Positions 29,183 to 39,900 of a stretch of DNA of 64,000 nt are shown here, piece after piece. Numbering within the stretch: position 1 is the stretch's first letter; each line of letters begins with the position of its first letter. The stretch is from a plasmid. Under the pieces are notes generated by a model, which ran no database searches, was not told the DNA's origin, and saw only the letters and a program-made list of their open reading frames with translations. The stretch lies in the NCBI RefSeq assembly GCF_053078305.1, contig NZ_CP166875.1. One strand, written 5' to 3'. The position numbers and the translations under genes are program-made.

Positions 29183-29201
29183 CCAGACACCGGATTGGCA
29201 C
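29183..29201 (-). repeat. shufflon 19-bp recombination site (sfx)
   Basis: Reverse complement GTGCCAATCCGGTGTCTGG; inverted relative to 28547-28565. Confidence 0.8.
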
Positions 29202-29224
29202 GCTGGCTACTGCCTGACGCTTAA

Positions 29225-29470
29225 TTAAATACCGGCCCCAGGTATATTGAGACACGTAACAGATATCGTTCCACCTGACTCATAATTACCCCACGCATAA
29301 TTATTGACATACCAGACATTATTTTTATCGGAATAAACCTGCTGAAAACCACCGAAAGGAGAACCATTAAGATACGTCCATGCACAATATGCATGGACAC
29401 CAAGTCTGAAATTACGAATATTTTTTCCGATGTTATAGGTCTGCGTTGTGAATTTAATTTCAGTTGACCG
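29225..29470 (-). other. second alternative pilV C-terminal coding segment (shufflon)
   Basis: Reverse-strand frame in phase with sfx 29471-29489 encodes [91 protein letters not shown]. Confidence 0.5.
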
Positions 29471-29489
29471 CCAGACACCGGATTGGCAC
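29471..29489 (-). repeat. shufflon 19-bp recombination site (sfx) adjacent to rci
   Basis: Reverse complement GTGCCAATCCGGTGTCTGG, identical to the copy at 29183-29201. Confidence 0.8.
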
Positions 29490-29551
29490 GAAAGTATTGC
29501 ATTTCTGTATCCAGCCTCCTACCTTCCCCGTTTTTATCGTGGAAGGCAGAT

Positions 29552-30721
29552 ATGTTTCAAAAAAACAAAACTCGCAAAATGTCCCTCAGCCGGGCACTGG
29601 ACAAATACCTGAAGACTGTTTCCGTCCATAAAAAAGGTCATCTGCAGGAGTTTTATCGCGTCAATGTGATTAAACGTCACCCTATGGCCGATCGCTATAT
29701 GGATGAAATCACTACCATTGATATCGCCAGTTACCGGGATCAGCGTTTAGCTCAAATTAACCCACGAACAGGGCGTCAAATCACCGGAAATACCGTCCGT
29801 CTTGAACTTGCCCTTTTATCATCATTATTCAATATCGCCCGTGTGGAATGGGGAACATGCCGTATGAATCCTGTTGAACTGGTCCGAAAACCGAAAATCA
29901 GTAATGGCCGCGACCGCCGACTGACTTCTGGTGAAGAACGCCGCCTTTCCCGCTATTTCAGGGACAAAAATCCGCAGCTCTACGTTATCTTCCATCTGGC
30001 TCTGGAAACAGCAATGCGCCAGGGAGAAATTCTCTCATTACGCTGGGAACACCTCGATTTGCAGCACGGCGTGGCGCATCTTCCTGAAACGAAAAATGGC
30101 TCACCACGCGATGTCCCACTCTCCCGGAAAGCACGTAACTACCTGCAAATTCTGCCACAACAGATAAACGGCAATGTGTTCAGTTACACCTCGTCCGGTT
30201 TCAAAAGCGCCTGGCGTACCACTCTTCTGGATCTGAAAATAGAAAATCTGCATTTTCACGATCTCCGCCATGAGGCCATCAGCCGTTTGTTCGAGCTCGG
30301 CACACTGAACGTTATGGAGATTGCAGCCATTTCCGGTCACCGCTCCCTGAACATGTTGAAACGGTACACACATCTCCGGGCATATCACCTGGTCAGTAAA
30401 CTCGATGCAAGGCGTAAACAGACCAGCAAAATTTCCCCTTATTTTGTTCCCTACCCTGCAACTGTCAGAAACAGAAACGGAGTGTTCATTGTGACACTGC
30501 ACGATTTCGACCTTGAAAGCCGTGCTGAAACCCGGGAACTGGCAATATCTCACGCCAGCGTATTGTTGCTGCGCGCACTGGCCCAGGCTGCTCAGCGGGG
30601 TGAACGCGTCCCCACACCAGGCGAGCTACCCGCAAACATTGATGAACGGGTCATGATTTGTCCGTTAACAAACAGCCAGTTCATGACAAAAGCGAACAGT
30701 ATTTTCATATCCTCCTCCTGA
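29552..30721 (+). CDS. rci: shufflon-specific tyrosine recombinase Rci
   Basis: Tyrosine-recombinase motifs (...[20 protein letters not shown]..., [17 protein letters not shown], ...LKRYTHL); located just past the last sfx repeat; start taken at ATG 29552 (GGAAGG Shine-Dalgarno). Confidence 0.85.
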   Translation: MFQKNKTRKMSLSRALDKYLKTVSVHKKGHLQEFYRVNVIKRHPMADRYMDEITTIDIASYRDQRLAQINPRTGRQITGNTVRLELALLSSLFNIARVEWGTCRMNPVELVRKPKISNGRDRRLTSGEERRLSRYFRDKNPQLYVIFHLALETAMRQGEILSLRWEHLDLQHGVAHLPETKNGSPRDVPLSRKARNYLQILPQQINGNVFSYTSSGFKSAWRTTLLDLKIENLHFHDLRHEAISRLFELGTLNVMEIAAISGHRSLNMLKRYTHLRAYHLVSKLDARRKQTSKISPYFVPYPATVRNRNGVFIVTLHDFDLESRAETRELAISHASVLLLRALAQAAQRGERVPTPGELPANIDERVMICPLTNSQFMTKANSIFISSS

Positions 30722-30732
30722 ACAAATAATTT

Positions 30733-31053
30733 TTGTTCAAAATTAACGCTATGAGACCCTTTATGAAACACTTATCCTCCCGTGCAGCCACTGCGGATAA
30801 TAATCGTATCGTAACAATTGAAGACGTTTACACAATCGCATTCTCGCAACCAATTCACACCGAATCAGCGTTGGGGCAAAGGTGGATGTTGATCCATACT
30901 GGTGAATATGAAAGTGCCAGCGATGCAAAACGCTTCCTTGATACGCTCGTCACCGGGCACTGTGCTTGCATGGTAACACCATCACCTGTTCTGGATCATG
31001 ACACCTGGCTGCGTATCCGCCTGCTGATGGGCGAGATAAGGGATGCCAAATAA
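30733..31053 (+). CDS. hypothetical protein (traE position of I-type transfer region)
   Basis: 106-aa ORF directly after rci. Confidence 0.3.
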   Translation: MFKINAMRPFMKHLSSRAATADNNRIVTIEDVYTIAFSQPIHTESALGQRWMLIHTGEYESASDAKRFLDTLVTGHCACMVTPSPVLDHDTWLRIRLLMGEIRDAK

Positions 31054-31144
31054 ACATTCATGGCCCCAACACATAAAAATAACGCCGGGGACTCTGGCAG
31101 AGGTACCATTCTTTTTACATAGAGCCAATATATAAACAACTTTT

Positions 31145-31465
31145 CTATGATAATATCTTTATCATGTTATAAATAATTGCCCCCTCAGCAGAAAGGGCCC
31201 AAATAGAAAAAGCAAAAATCCTTATAAAAATATTCTTTACAAGCGTTCCTATATACAAACAAACTATATAAACCAGCCAGAACAGAATGACTGCAAAAGA
31301 AACACACACGGCCCCCATAAAAATAAATGTCATCGAATCCCATGGTTTCACCAGTACAACCGGAACCATGGCTGCCAGAACAATAAGAGCAGCATTACCC
31401 AACAGCGTCTCTCGAATAATATCCCTTATAATCTCCAGTTTTTCTTTATGCTGTTTAATTTTCAT
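31145..31465 (-). CDS. small polytopic membrane protein, opposite strand
   Basis: 106-aa AT-rich ORF with three hydrophobic segments, antisense to the transfer operon. Confidence 0.3.
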   Translation of the reverse strand: MKIKQHKEKLEIIRDIIRETLLGNAALIVLAAMVPVVLVKPWDSMTFIFMGAVCVSFAVILFWLVYIVCLYIGTLVKNIFIRIFAFSIWALSAEGAIIYNMIKILS

Positions 31466-31724
31466 ACGAACCTCGTTGATTTCATCCCGAAAAGGAAAAG
31501 ATTATATAACGAAATACTTTCAATCTCCTGACTCCGTCTGCTCTGCAGCATAATGCCAGACCAGCGGCATGCTAAATCACGTCCTGTCCGAATCCTTTTC
31601 ATTCACGCTTAAAACAGAGTTAAAAGCACTCTTGAAACACACTCGATCATAACGATCGAAATAACTCGTTTCCGTTCAGTAAACACGCTCTTTAGACTTA
31701 ACATATGAACCGCACGGAGGTGAA

Positions 31725-32546
31725 ATGAAACCCAACAGCACAGGCATTGCTGCCCGCATGATGCTCTCCATTGACAGGGCCCGGATTAGCGAAGCTCTGC
31801 TCAATAACCGCCAGTTGCAGTCCACTCCCCTGCAGATCCGTTATCCGCAGGGCGTCAGAGAAGCACTCGGAATAATGAGCGAGCAACTCTCCCTTTCTGT
31901 ATCCGACCTGACGCGTATCCTGGTCGAAGATGCATTAACTGAAATGTTTCTCCCGGCTGAAAACATCGTTCACCGTCTTATCTGCCGGACAGAACACATC
32001 ATGCAGGCACATGATGTCTGCGTAACAACGATGACAACGTTACTGGCTCCCTGGAATATCCGTCCTGCCGTTTTCCGTGACCCGGACAAACTCGCAGATT
32101 ATCTGACAGGAGAGATTCTGACGGCTCTGGCTGACTGGTTTTATCTCAACCCGGAATGGCTGAACGGCAGGGTACGTTATCCTTTAAGCCGTGCCGGTGA
32201 GTGGCCAGCAACACAGGATGCGTTCTGCCAGCTTATTTCAGCCAGCGATAATGTGGATATTATTCTCTGGCACAGTTTTCCTTTTGCCGGTGTTCATTCA
32301 CAGGAATATTGCGGTGTACTGTTCCGCAAGAAAAAAGAAATTAATAAAGCCATCATTTATCCTGTACTTTCTTTATCACCTGTAAGAATGAATAAGGAAA
32401 AAGAAAACTGGTTTCACACTGCCCGCAATTTATATGCAAAGACATCCGTCCGGACCGTAACGCTTCGTCCGGCACAGGCAGAATATCTGATGACAGGAAA
32501 AATATTACCTGCTGAGTTATTCAGTATACCGTTATTACCCTGGTAA
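31725..32546 (+). CDS. conjugal transfer protein, function unknown
   Basis: 273-aa ORF in the tra gene array. Confidence 0.35.
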   Translation: MKPNSTGIAARMMLSIDRARISEALLNNRQLQSTPLQIRYPQGVREALGIMSEQLSLSVSDLTRILVEDALTEMFLPAENIVHRLICRTEHIMQAHDVCVTTMTTLLAPWNIRPAVFRDPDKLADYLTGEILTALADWFYLNPEWLNGRVRYPLSRAGEWPATQDAFCQLISASDNVDIILWHSFPFAGVHSQEYCGVLFRKKKEINKAIIYPVLSLSPVRMNKEKENWFHTARNLYAKTSVRTVTLRPAQAEYLMTGKILPAELFSIPLLPW

Positions 32547-32635
32547 TAACGCAGAGAAAAAACCAATAAATTTTTAATGGCACAGTCGTGTCATACCGTT
32601 GCTGTACCCAAAACACCTCAAACCAGGAAACTGAA

Positions 32636-33838
32636 ATGATGATGAATATGCACATTACCCGAACTCTCATCGCATCTGCTGTTTTATTTTCCTTTAATTC
32701 AACAGCCGCAACTTCATATTTTGAAGCCCGCAATGATGCAATGGGGGGAACCGGGGTAGCCTCCTCTCACTACGGTGTGGCACCTCTGGCAAACCCGGCC
32801 CTGCTGACAAAAGCCGGTCCGGAAGATGACTTCAGTCTTCTGCTTCCGTCCGTTGGTGGGCAATTGTCCGATCCGGGTAATATCAGTGACAACGCAGACA
32901 AAATCAGTGATGACTGGAAAGCCTTTGATCGTGCCATCGACAGTCAGAGCAACGTGTCGCAGACTGCTGCACGTCTGAAGACGCGACTTCAGGACTTCCG
33001 TCACACACATGCTGACGCACAGGTGGGAACATCTGCTGTGGCGACTCTTCCCGGTGACACCCTCGCTGCCGCTCTGATGCTGAAAAGCTACGGTACGATC
33101 AGTGTCGACGGTAAAGTCAGTGATGCCGACCTGAACTATCTGGAAAGCATTGCAAACAGTAACGGTCAGGATGTGGATAAAGACAGACTGACCTCTCAGG
33201 CTTTTGCCCGTGCCGCACTGGTCACCGATGTGGGTATTGCTCTGGCTACTGAACTGGAAACGGCCGGACAAAAGTGGTCTCTGGGCTTCACACCAAAATT
33301 CCAGCGTGTTGACCTGTTTAACTACAACGTGCTGGTTAAAAATTACGACAGCAGCGCTTTCAAAGGCGACCGTTACCACAACACCAGAAACGGCATTAAC
33401 GCTGATATCGGGGCCAGCATGGACCTGGATGACAACTGGACACTGGGTCTGGTCGCACAGAACCTGCTCCCCCGCAGTATTGAGACAAAGGAAGTGAACG
33501 GTGTCACAGAAACTTTCAGGATCCGCCCGCAGGTGACTGCCGGTGTCTCCTGGCACAACGACATGTTCACTACAGCACTGGATGTTGACCTGACCCCGGC
33601 CAGTGGCTTCACATCAGACAGTAAACGTCAGTTTGCTGCCATTGGTGCTGAATTTAATGCCTGGAAATGGGCACAGTTACGTGCAGGCTACCGCCAGAAT
33701 CTGGCCAGCAATGATGGCAGTGCGTTCACCGCCGGGCTGGGTATCTCACCATTTGATGTCGTCCATATTGATGTGGCGGGTATAGCAGGCACAGACAACA
33801 ACTACGGTGCCGTTGCACAACTGCAGTTCACATTCTGA
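32636..33838 (+). CDS. outer-membrane beta-barrel-like transfer protein
   Basis: Start at ATG 32636 (AGGAAA Shine-Dalgarno); signal peptide; C-terminus ...AVAQLQFTF ends in Phe with alternating hydrophobic pattern typical of outer-membrane barrels. Confidence 0.45.
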   Translation: MMMNMHITRTLIASAVLFSFNSTAATSYFEARNDAMGGTGVASSHYGVAPLANPALLTKAGPEDDFSLLLPSVGGQLSDPGNISDNADKISDDWKAFDRAIDSQSNVSQTAARLKTRLQDFRHTHADAQVGTSAVATLPGDTLAAALMLKSYGTISVDGKVSDADLNYLESIANSNGQDVDKDRLTSQAFARAALVTDVGIALATELETAGQKWSLGFTPKFQRVDLFNYNVLVKNYDSSAFKGDRYHNTRNGINADIGASMDLDDNWTLGLVAQNLLPRSIETKEVNGVTETFRIRPQVTAGVSWHNDMFTTALDVDLTPASGFTSDSKRQFAAIGAEFNAWKWAQLRAGYRQNLASNDGSAFTAGLGISPFDVVHIDVAGIAGTDNNYGAVAQLQFTF

Positions 33839-34196
33839 TCATCTCTGCCCCGGTACTGACCGGGGTATCCAGACCTGCATCCTCGCGTTTTCCGACCATC
33901 AAACGACACAGCCAGACCTGTAGTGCTGCCTCTGATCTGGCTGTTATCTGACATATCATTTTCGCATGAGGAAATGCATGTTTAACAAAAATAAAACGCA
34001 TATCGAAAACAAAGCCTTTATGGTGGAACCGTTCCGGGATCCGACAGCTAACGAATGTAATGTCGTGATAGCAAACGATATTTGTATCCGGGTAGCACTG
34101 TCTCCCTCTGAGGTGCTCCAGCCATTCAGCAAAAACACGAACCAGTAAATCCTCCCCACAACGCTTTCTTCTTTCACTGCTCAGGAAAAATACACC

Positions 34197-34649
34197 ATGA
34201 ACCGTATGATACCTGCGGGATGTCTCGCCGTACTCTGCCTGAACGGCTGCCATCTCCCCCCGGATAATACAGCTCCGACCAGAAAGTATGGTGCTGCCTC
34301 TGATGTCGCCGTCGCCCGGCATGCGCAGTATCAGCTATGGGGGCAGGGAATTTACTCTGCAGCCCTTCCGGAGCGTCAGTCCGGCGGCAGTCTGAAGGCT
34401 CACAGCGACCGTGTTTCCTTTGACTGGGAAGGCGATGCCCTGGAATTGCTCAACGAACTGGCCCGTCTGCGCGGCCAGCAGTTCAGCTACAGCGGCGTCC
34501 GTCTCCCCTTACCCGTCTCACTGCACGTCCGCGACATGACCTTTGCTGATGTCCTTCGTATCACTGAAGCCCAGACTGCCTGGCGGGCAACACTCTCGCA
34601 GTCAGCCGGGCGTTTACATCTGTCTTTTATGACGCCGGAGAAAAAATGA
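34197..34649 (+). CDS. traH: small transfer lipoprotein (DotD/TraH-like by size and position)
   Basis: 150 aa, signal peptide plus lipobox LNGC; the name is by analogy with R64 gene order only. Confidence 0.45.
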   Translation: MNRMIPAGCLAVLCLNGCHLPPDNTAPTRKYGAASDVAVARHAQYQLWGQGIYSAALPERQSGGSLKAHSDRVSFDWEGDALELLNELARLRGQQFSYSGVRLPLPVSLHVRDMTFADVLRITEAQTAWRATLSQSAGRLHLSFMTPEKK

Positions 34650-35482
34650 AAACACACCTGTGTCTCCTGCTGTCTGCTCTCCTGCTTACAGGCTGTGCCG
34701 GACAGCATCACCGTTCTTCTGCCGTCATGACAGAAAACGCACCGCCCCCGGATATCCGTGCATGGCTGACGCCCTCCGGAAACCAGGATGATGGTATTTC
34801 AGATACCCGTCGTCAGATGCTCACGGATGCCGGCAGAACGCTGGGATTCCGTGGTGGAAAAGCACAGCGCTCATGGGAACTGATTCAGGCACTGAATGCC
34901 CGGGAAAGTACCCTGAATGCCCTGTATGATTTCCGGCCTCTCATCAGCAAGGAAGGCTGGCTGCCTCCTGTTATCGATGAAGCGCAGGATGTTGCACACA
35001 TCAGACCGGACCAGATAAGAACAGCCTCCCGTGTCTGGACCATCCTCCGCCCGGAACGCTTTGTCAGTAATCCACCTGGATGGCGTGACTGGCTGCTGAA
35101 AGGACTCTCAACCACCGCCACACCAGGCACTGAAGGCCGGGTTGTGCCGGAAGACCGGGCACAACGCAGACTATGGGAAAACGCCTTACGTCAGGGATGG
35201 CAGGAAGGGCGCCTCAACGCAGATCTCACACTGGAAGCTAATCAGAAGCGCCTGACCCGTGATTACCGGGGCATGATGCTTTACGCCCTTCTGTGGCGTC
35301 AGGGCATGATCACACGTCCAGATGTCACAGAGCAGATGCAGACGGTTACCGGCAACGGGCAAAAACTCATCACTGGCGATCGCGTCCGCCGCCTGAAAAC
35401 ACATGCTGAATTTACGCTGCAGAAATCGCGCTGGCGCCCTCTTGTCAGCACCGAAGGAGAGAAAAATGATATCACCAGATGA
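34646..35482 (+). CDS. traI: transfer lipoprotein (DotC/TraI-like by size and position)
   Basis: 278 aa, lipobox LLTGC; start overlaps previous stop. Confidence 0.45.
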   Translation: MKTHLCLLLSALLLTGCAGQHHRSSAVMTENAPPPDIRAWLTPSGNQDDGISDTRRQMLTDAGRTLGFRGGKAQRSWELIQALNARESTLNALYDFRPLISKEGWLPPVIDEAQDVAHIRPDQIRTASRVWTILRPERFVSNPPGWRDWLLKGLSTTATPGTEGRVVPEDRAQRRLWENALRQGWQEGRLNADLTLEANQKRLTRDYRGMMLYALLWRQGMITRPDVTEQMQTVTGNGQKLITGDRVRRLKTHAEFTLQKSRWRPLVSTEGEKNDITR

Positions 35483-36614
35483 CTTCGGTACCTTCCCCTT
35501 CTCCCGTTTTACGGCAGAAGAGTTTCGCCATTTTTTTGCCTGGTGTGCCCGCCACCGCGTCAGTGATATTGATCTGACCGGCGGTTCACCGGTATCCGTC
35601 AGTCGCTTTGGACGGCGGGTTCGCTCATCCGTAAATCCCCTTCCGTCTTCCATCATGATGGCACTGAGTGATGAGCTGTTTGGGCGGGAGGTTCTTCCCC
35701 GGGTTCTGTCAGGTCATCCCGTGGATCGTACCATTCAGGTCAGCGGAGATGCCTCCGGCCGCTATGGCCTGCAGCGAGGTCAGCGTGTTCGCCTGCGCTG
35801 CCACCTGATACAGGGAACATCGGCAACAGAAGAAAAAGCCATTTCCGTCACCATGCGGGTGATCCCGTCAGATATTCCGGACATCCTCACTATGAATATT
35901 GAACCGGATCTGCTGGATGCCATGCTCAGAAAAACCGGCCTGGGCTTCATCTGCGGAGAAACCGGCTCCGGGAAATCCACACTGGCGGCGGCACTGTATC
36001 GCCACATTCTGAAAAATTTCCCCGATCGCAAAATAGTGACCTATGAAGATCCGGTGGAATACATTCTGGGCGGAGAGAATGACCTTCTGCCTCCCCATCA
36101 GGCCGAAATCGGGCGCGATGTGGAAAGTTTTGCTGCAGGACTTCGCTCTGCCGTTCGCCGTAATCCGGACATCATTGGTATCGGTGAAATCAGGGATTAT
36201 GAAACAGCAGATGCCGCAGTCCAGGCGGGTAATACCGGACACTTTTGTATCGGCACCATGCACACAAAATCACCCGGAGAAACCTTTGCCCGCCTGCTGG
36301 GATTGTTTCCTCCTGAAATCAGGGATTCGATGGCTGCAGCCACGCTTTCCCTCGTACAGTTCATTCTGGTGCAGGTACTGGTCAGAACAAATGACGGCGG
36401 CAGGCAGGCTGTCCGGGAATACATCGTCATAACTGACGAACTGCGCAATACGCTCTCCGGACAATCCCATGCAACATGGGGACATTACATTGACGAAATC
36501 ATTCGTCAGGAAAAACGGCGGATAAGGGATCAGGTTCTGACCATGTATCAGAACGACCGCATTGAGAAATCAGAAGCAGCGCTCTTCATCCCGGCCGGAG
36601 AGTTCCCCCGATGA
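35466..36614 (+). CDS. traJ: T4SS secretion ATPase (VirB11/DotB/TraJ family)
   Basis: Walker A GETGSGKST, Asp box IGEIRDYETA and His box ...GHFCIGTMHT; start at ATG 35466 with GGAGA Shine-Dalgarno, overlapping the preceding gene. Confidence 0.85.
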   Translation: MISPDDFGTFPFSRFTAEEFRHFFAWCARHRVSDIDLTGGSPVSVSRFGRRVRSSVNPLPSSIMMALSDELFGREVLPRVLSGHPVDRTIQVSGDASGRYGLQRGQRVRLRCHLIQGTSATEEKAISVTMRVIPSDIPDILTMNIEPDLLDAMLRKTGLGFICGETGSGKSTLAAALYRHILKNFPDRKIVTYEDPVEYILGGENDLLPPHQAEIGRDVESFAAGLRSAVRRNPDIIGIGEIRDYETADAAVQAGNTGHFCIGTMHTKSPGETFARLLGLFPPEIRDSMAAATLSLVQFILVQVLVRTNDGGRQAVREYIVITDELRNTLSGQSHATWGHYIDEIIRQEKRRIRDQVLTMYQNDRIEKSEAALFIPAGEFPR

Positions 36615-36901
36615 AACGCGAAGGCTTCTGGCGGGATGTAACACCACCGCTCAACATTTATGGTGTCCCCCTGCCGTTTACCATGATTTACCTGCTGTTG
36701 TTTCCGTATCCGTCAAAAACGACATTCTGGGTGTGCAGCGGCATTCTGCTGTTTTTTATGCTCCTGGGATATTCCGGCTGGACAGTCCGCACCCTCTGTA
36801 TACGTCTGTACAGCCTGCTTCAGGGTAAGCAGGCATCGGGACGTCCCTGGTGGTACCGACACCGCACAGAATTACCCCGTGAATGGCACGGACCAGAATA
36901 G
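36611..36901 (+). CDS. small integral-membrane transfer protein (TraK position)
   Basis: 96 aa with two hydrophobic segments; start overlaps the traJ stop. Confidence 0.4.
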   Translation: MKREGFWRDVTPPLNIYGVPLPFTMIYLLLFPYPSKTTFWVCSGILLFFMLLGYSGWTVRTLCIRLYSLLQGKQASGRPWWYRHRTELPREWHGPE

Positions 36902-36964
36902 CCCTCTTTTGTCCATCATCCCGGCGTATCACAACGCCCTCATATTTAATCCCCGGAGAACGAC

Positions 36965-39900
36965 ATGAAGTCCAGATATCGTACCTGGCTTGCTGTCCCG
37001 CCTGAGGAGACAGAAGCCGTAAAAAATGCAGTCCCCCCGTTAAATGGCCGCAAAGCTGTCGCATGGGATCCAGAAAAAAAACTCTGGTATGCCCGGGCGG
37101 GTACCGAACTTTCACTGCTGGAGCGCTGGTTACCCCGGCCGCAGGAACTGTCGATGGATGCCGGCGATCCGGTCACCGAATTTGCTCAGGTCCTGGAAAA
37201 CGCCGGACTGGTTATTCAGGGATTGCCACAGATGGATGGCGCCATACACAGAGTCGCCACCCGGGATGACAAAAAAGGGGCCAAAAGTGGCGCATACAAG
37301 GCCTATCTTGATGGGCGCCCCGCCGGCTGGTACCGCGACTACCGGAGCGCCGATGACAGTCCCACAAACTGGGTATTTTCCGGCGGAGAACAACACGATC
37401 CTCTGGCCAGACTGCATCTGCGGGCATTCGCTCAGCAACAGCGCGATGATAACGCACGTAAACTGCAGCAACAGTACAACAAACAGGCCCGGTATGCCCG
37501 CTCCTATATTAACCAGTTACCACAGGCAACAGAGCATGAATACCTGACCCGAAAAGGGATCCTTGCCGCACCGGGCGTCCGTCTGAATAACAAGAATGAA
37601 CTCGTCATCCCTTTCAGTAACAGCCGGGGAGAAATACGTTCATACCAGCGTATTCCTGTCACCGGCGGGAAGGATGCCCGCATTCTGAAAGACTCAGAGA
37701 AAACCGGTAACTGGTTCACCTTCGGAACCCCGGAAAATGGCCGTCCCCTGTTATTTGCGGAAGGTTACGCAACTGCAGCCTCCCTGCACGAAGCCACCGG
37801 CCTTCCGGTTCTGATGACAGTTGATGCCGGCAATATGATTGACGTGGCAGAAAATGCCCGCCAAATCTGGACTGACAGCCCCTTTGTCTTCTGTGCCGAC
37901 AACGACCATCAACGGAAAATTAACAAAGGTGTTTCAAGTGCCCAAAAAGCTGCCGCAAGCACGCATGGCGAAGTCATTATTCCGGCCTTTACGGAGGCGG
38001 AAAAAGCACAGGGACTGACCGATTTCAATGACCTGGACGCCAGCAGGGGACGAGACGCCTTTCAGCGAGCCATGAACGCACAGTTAGAATATATCGGTAT
38101 CCCCACGCCCAACAATGACACTACTGACCGCCGTGAAGCTATCGTGATCGGCAACCTGATATTCACACCGGTAAAAGATGAGAAGCCACAAGTGTACCCT
38201 GAAAACAGACAGAGCACAGCCCCTGAACCGGCAGTGTCGGAACAGAATCATCCTTATGACATCCCTGCAGAAGAGACAGACAATCAGGCATATGAAGATG
38301 ACTATGCAGCATATGCATCCCTGCAGTCGGTAACTGCAGGGACAGCCTCCCCGAATGAACCGCAGGTGAATGCTGTTTCTGCCATTGACAGCAACGCAAA
38401 GAATACCTCTGCCGCCACCACTGACGACCGAAATGTATTAGCACAAGAACCCAATGCTGACGCCACAGTTACGACCACGGCTCACGACACCGGCACAGCA
38501 GAAACAGATTCACCTTCTGAACCTGCAGAGATTCAGCCAGTGCAGCAGGCCAGTCCTGAACCATCGGCTAAAGATAAACCACAGGAGAACGTAGTGTCTG
38601 CTACTGATAATGACGCAGAGAACACCTCTTCCGCCACCACTGCCCTCCGGAGTTACGACACACCGGAAACATCCGTCTCCGACGCAACCGGGACACAGCA
38701 CACCGCCACAACGCAACCTGAAGAACCACAGCAGGTCTCCATGGGCAGCGCTGACGACTGGAGCGCATTTGCGGAAGACCTCAATGCTGATGCTCCGGGG
38801 AATGCCACTGTTCACAGCACCGACAACGCGGAGACAAAGACACTTTCTGAACCTGCCGGGATGCAGCCTGTTCAACAGGCAACCCCTGAACCAACGGAAG
38901 AAAATAAACCTCAGGAAGAGGGCGTTATGTCTGCCACTGATACAGGTGAAGAGAGTGCCGCTGCCGCTATCGATGACGACCTGGACACAGTTGCGGAAGA
39001 CCTCAATGCTGATGTTACTGTGATGACCACAGCTCACCACACCGATACAGCAGAAACAGCCTCACCTTCTGAACCTGCAGAAATTCAGCCCGTACAGCAG
39101 GCAACCCCTGAACCAACGGCAGAAGATAAACCGAAGGAAGAGCGTCCAGTGTCTGCCACTGAGACCAGCACAGCGAATGAAACAGCCCGCCCTGAAACAG
39201 CATCGCTTTTCAGCCGCCTGCGCCGTTTTCTGACCGGTGGAAAATCACGTACCGCCGAACCTCCCGTTATTCAGGAGAACAAGCTTACGGAGGCCGAAAC
39301 TGCGACAGAGGCCGCAGCACCACCGTCACCACCTGAAACCAGCCCGGAAGACACATCGTCAGCAGAACCGGACACGATTATCTTTGCGCCCCGCCGGCCC
39401 AACAGTCCGCAGCGGCACAACCTGGACGAGATTATTAAAAATCTTACATACGATGAGTTACCCGACAATACTGCGCTCTGCCGCGTCGACGGCGAACCGG
39501 CATTCCTGGATAAACTCAACCGTCTGGAAATGGTGGATGGTGCCAGCACTGATGACAAAAAGGTCCTGGCTGCCCTTGCTGTGGCCACCAACTTCTATGG
39601 CGGCGTTATCGAGCTGACCGGCAGTGATGCCTTTAAACAAAAAGCCATGCAGCTGATTGTCGAATATGACATCAAGGTTCGCATGAAACTCCCGGTCCAG
39701 AGGGCTGCGCTGGAAAAACTCCGCCAGGAGAAAGGGATGGCGCATGATGCCATCGTCACCCACAGACCCACGCCGGAACTCAACCGCCTGTCACCGGAAG
39801 AGACAACAATGGCACAACCGGCCCCCCCTGTGTCACCGAAAGCAGAAACAGAGCAAACTGCAGGCAGTACGGCTGAAACACCGCATCCGGAAGCGCCGGT

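Noticed and set aside
28960-29502. ORF-track reverse-strand ORFs of 76 and 93 aa as independent genes
   Set aside because: These are wrong-frame readings of the shufflon segments; the frames in phase with the sfx repeats (28943-29182 and 29225-29470) are the biologically meaningful alternative pilV exons.
38510-39040. 176-aa reverse-strand ORF and 137-aa plus-strand alternative-frame ORF
   Set aside because: Both fall inside the repetitive linker of the Sog-like primase gene and are off-frame artefacts of that region.
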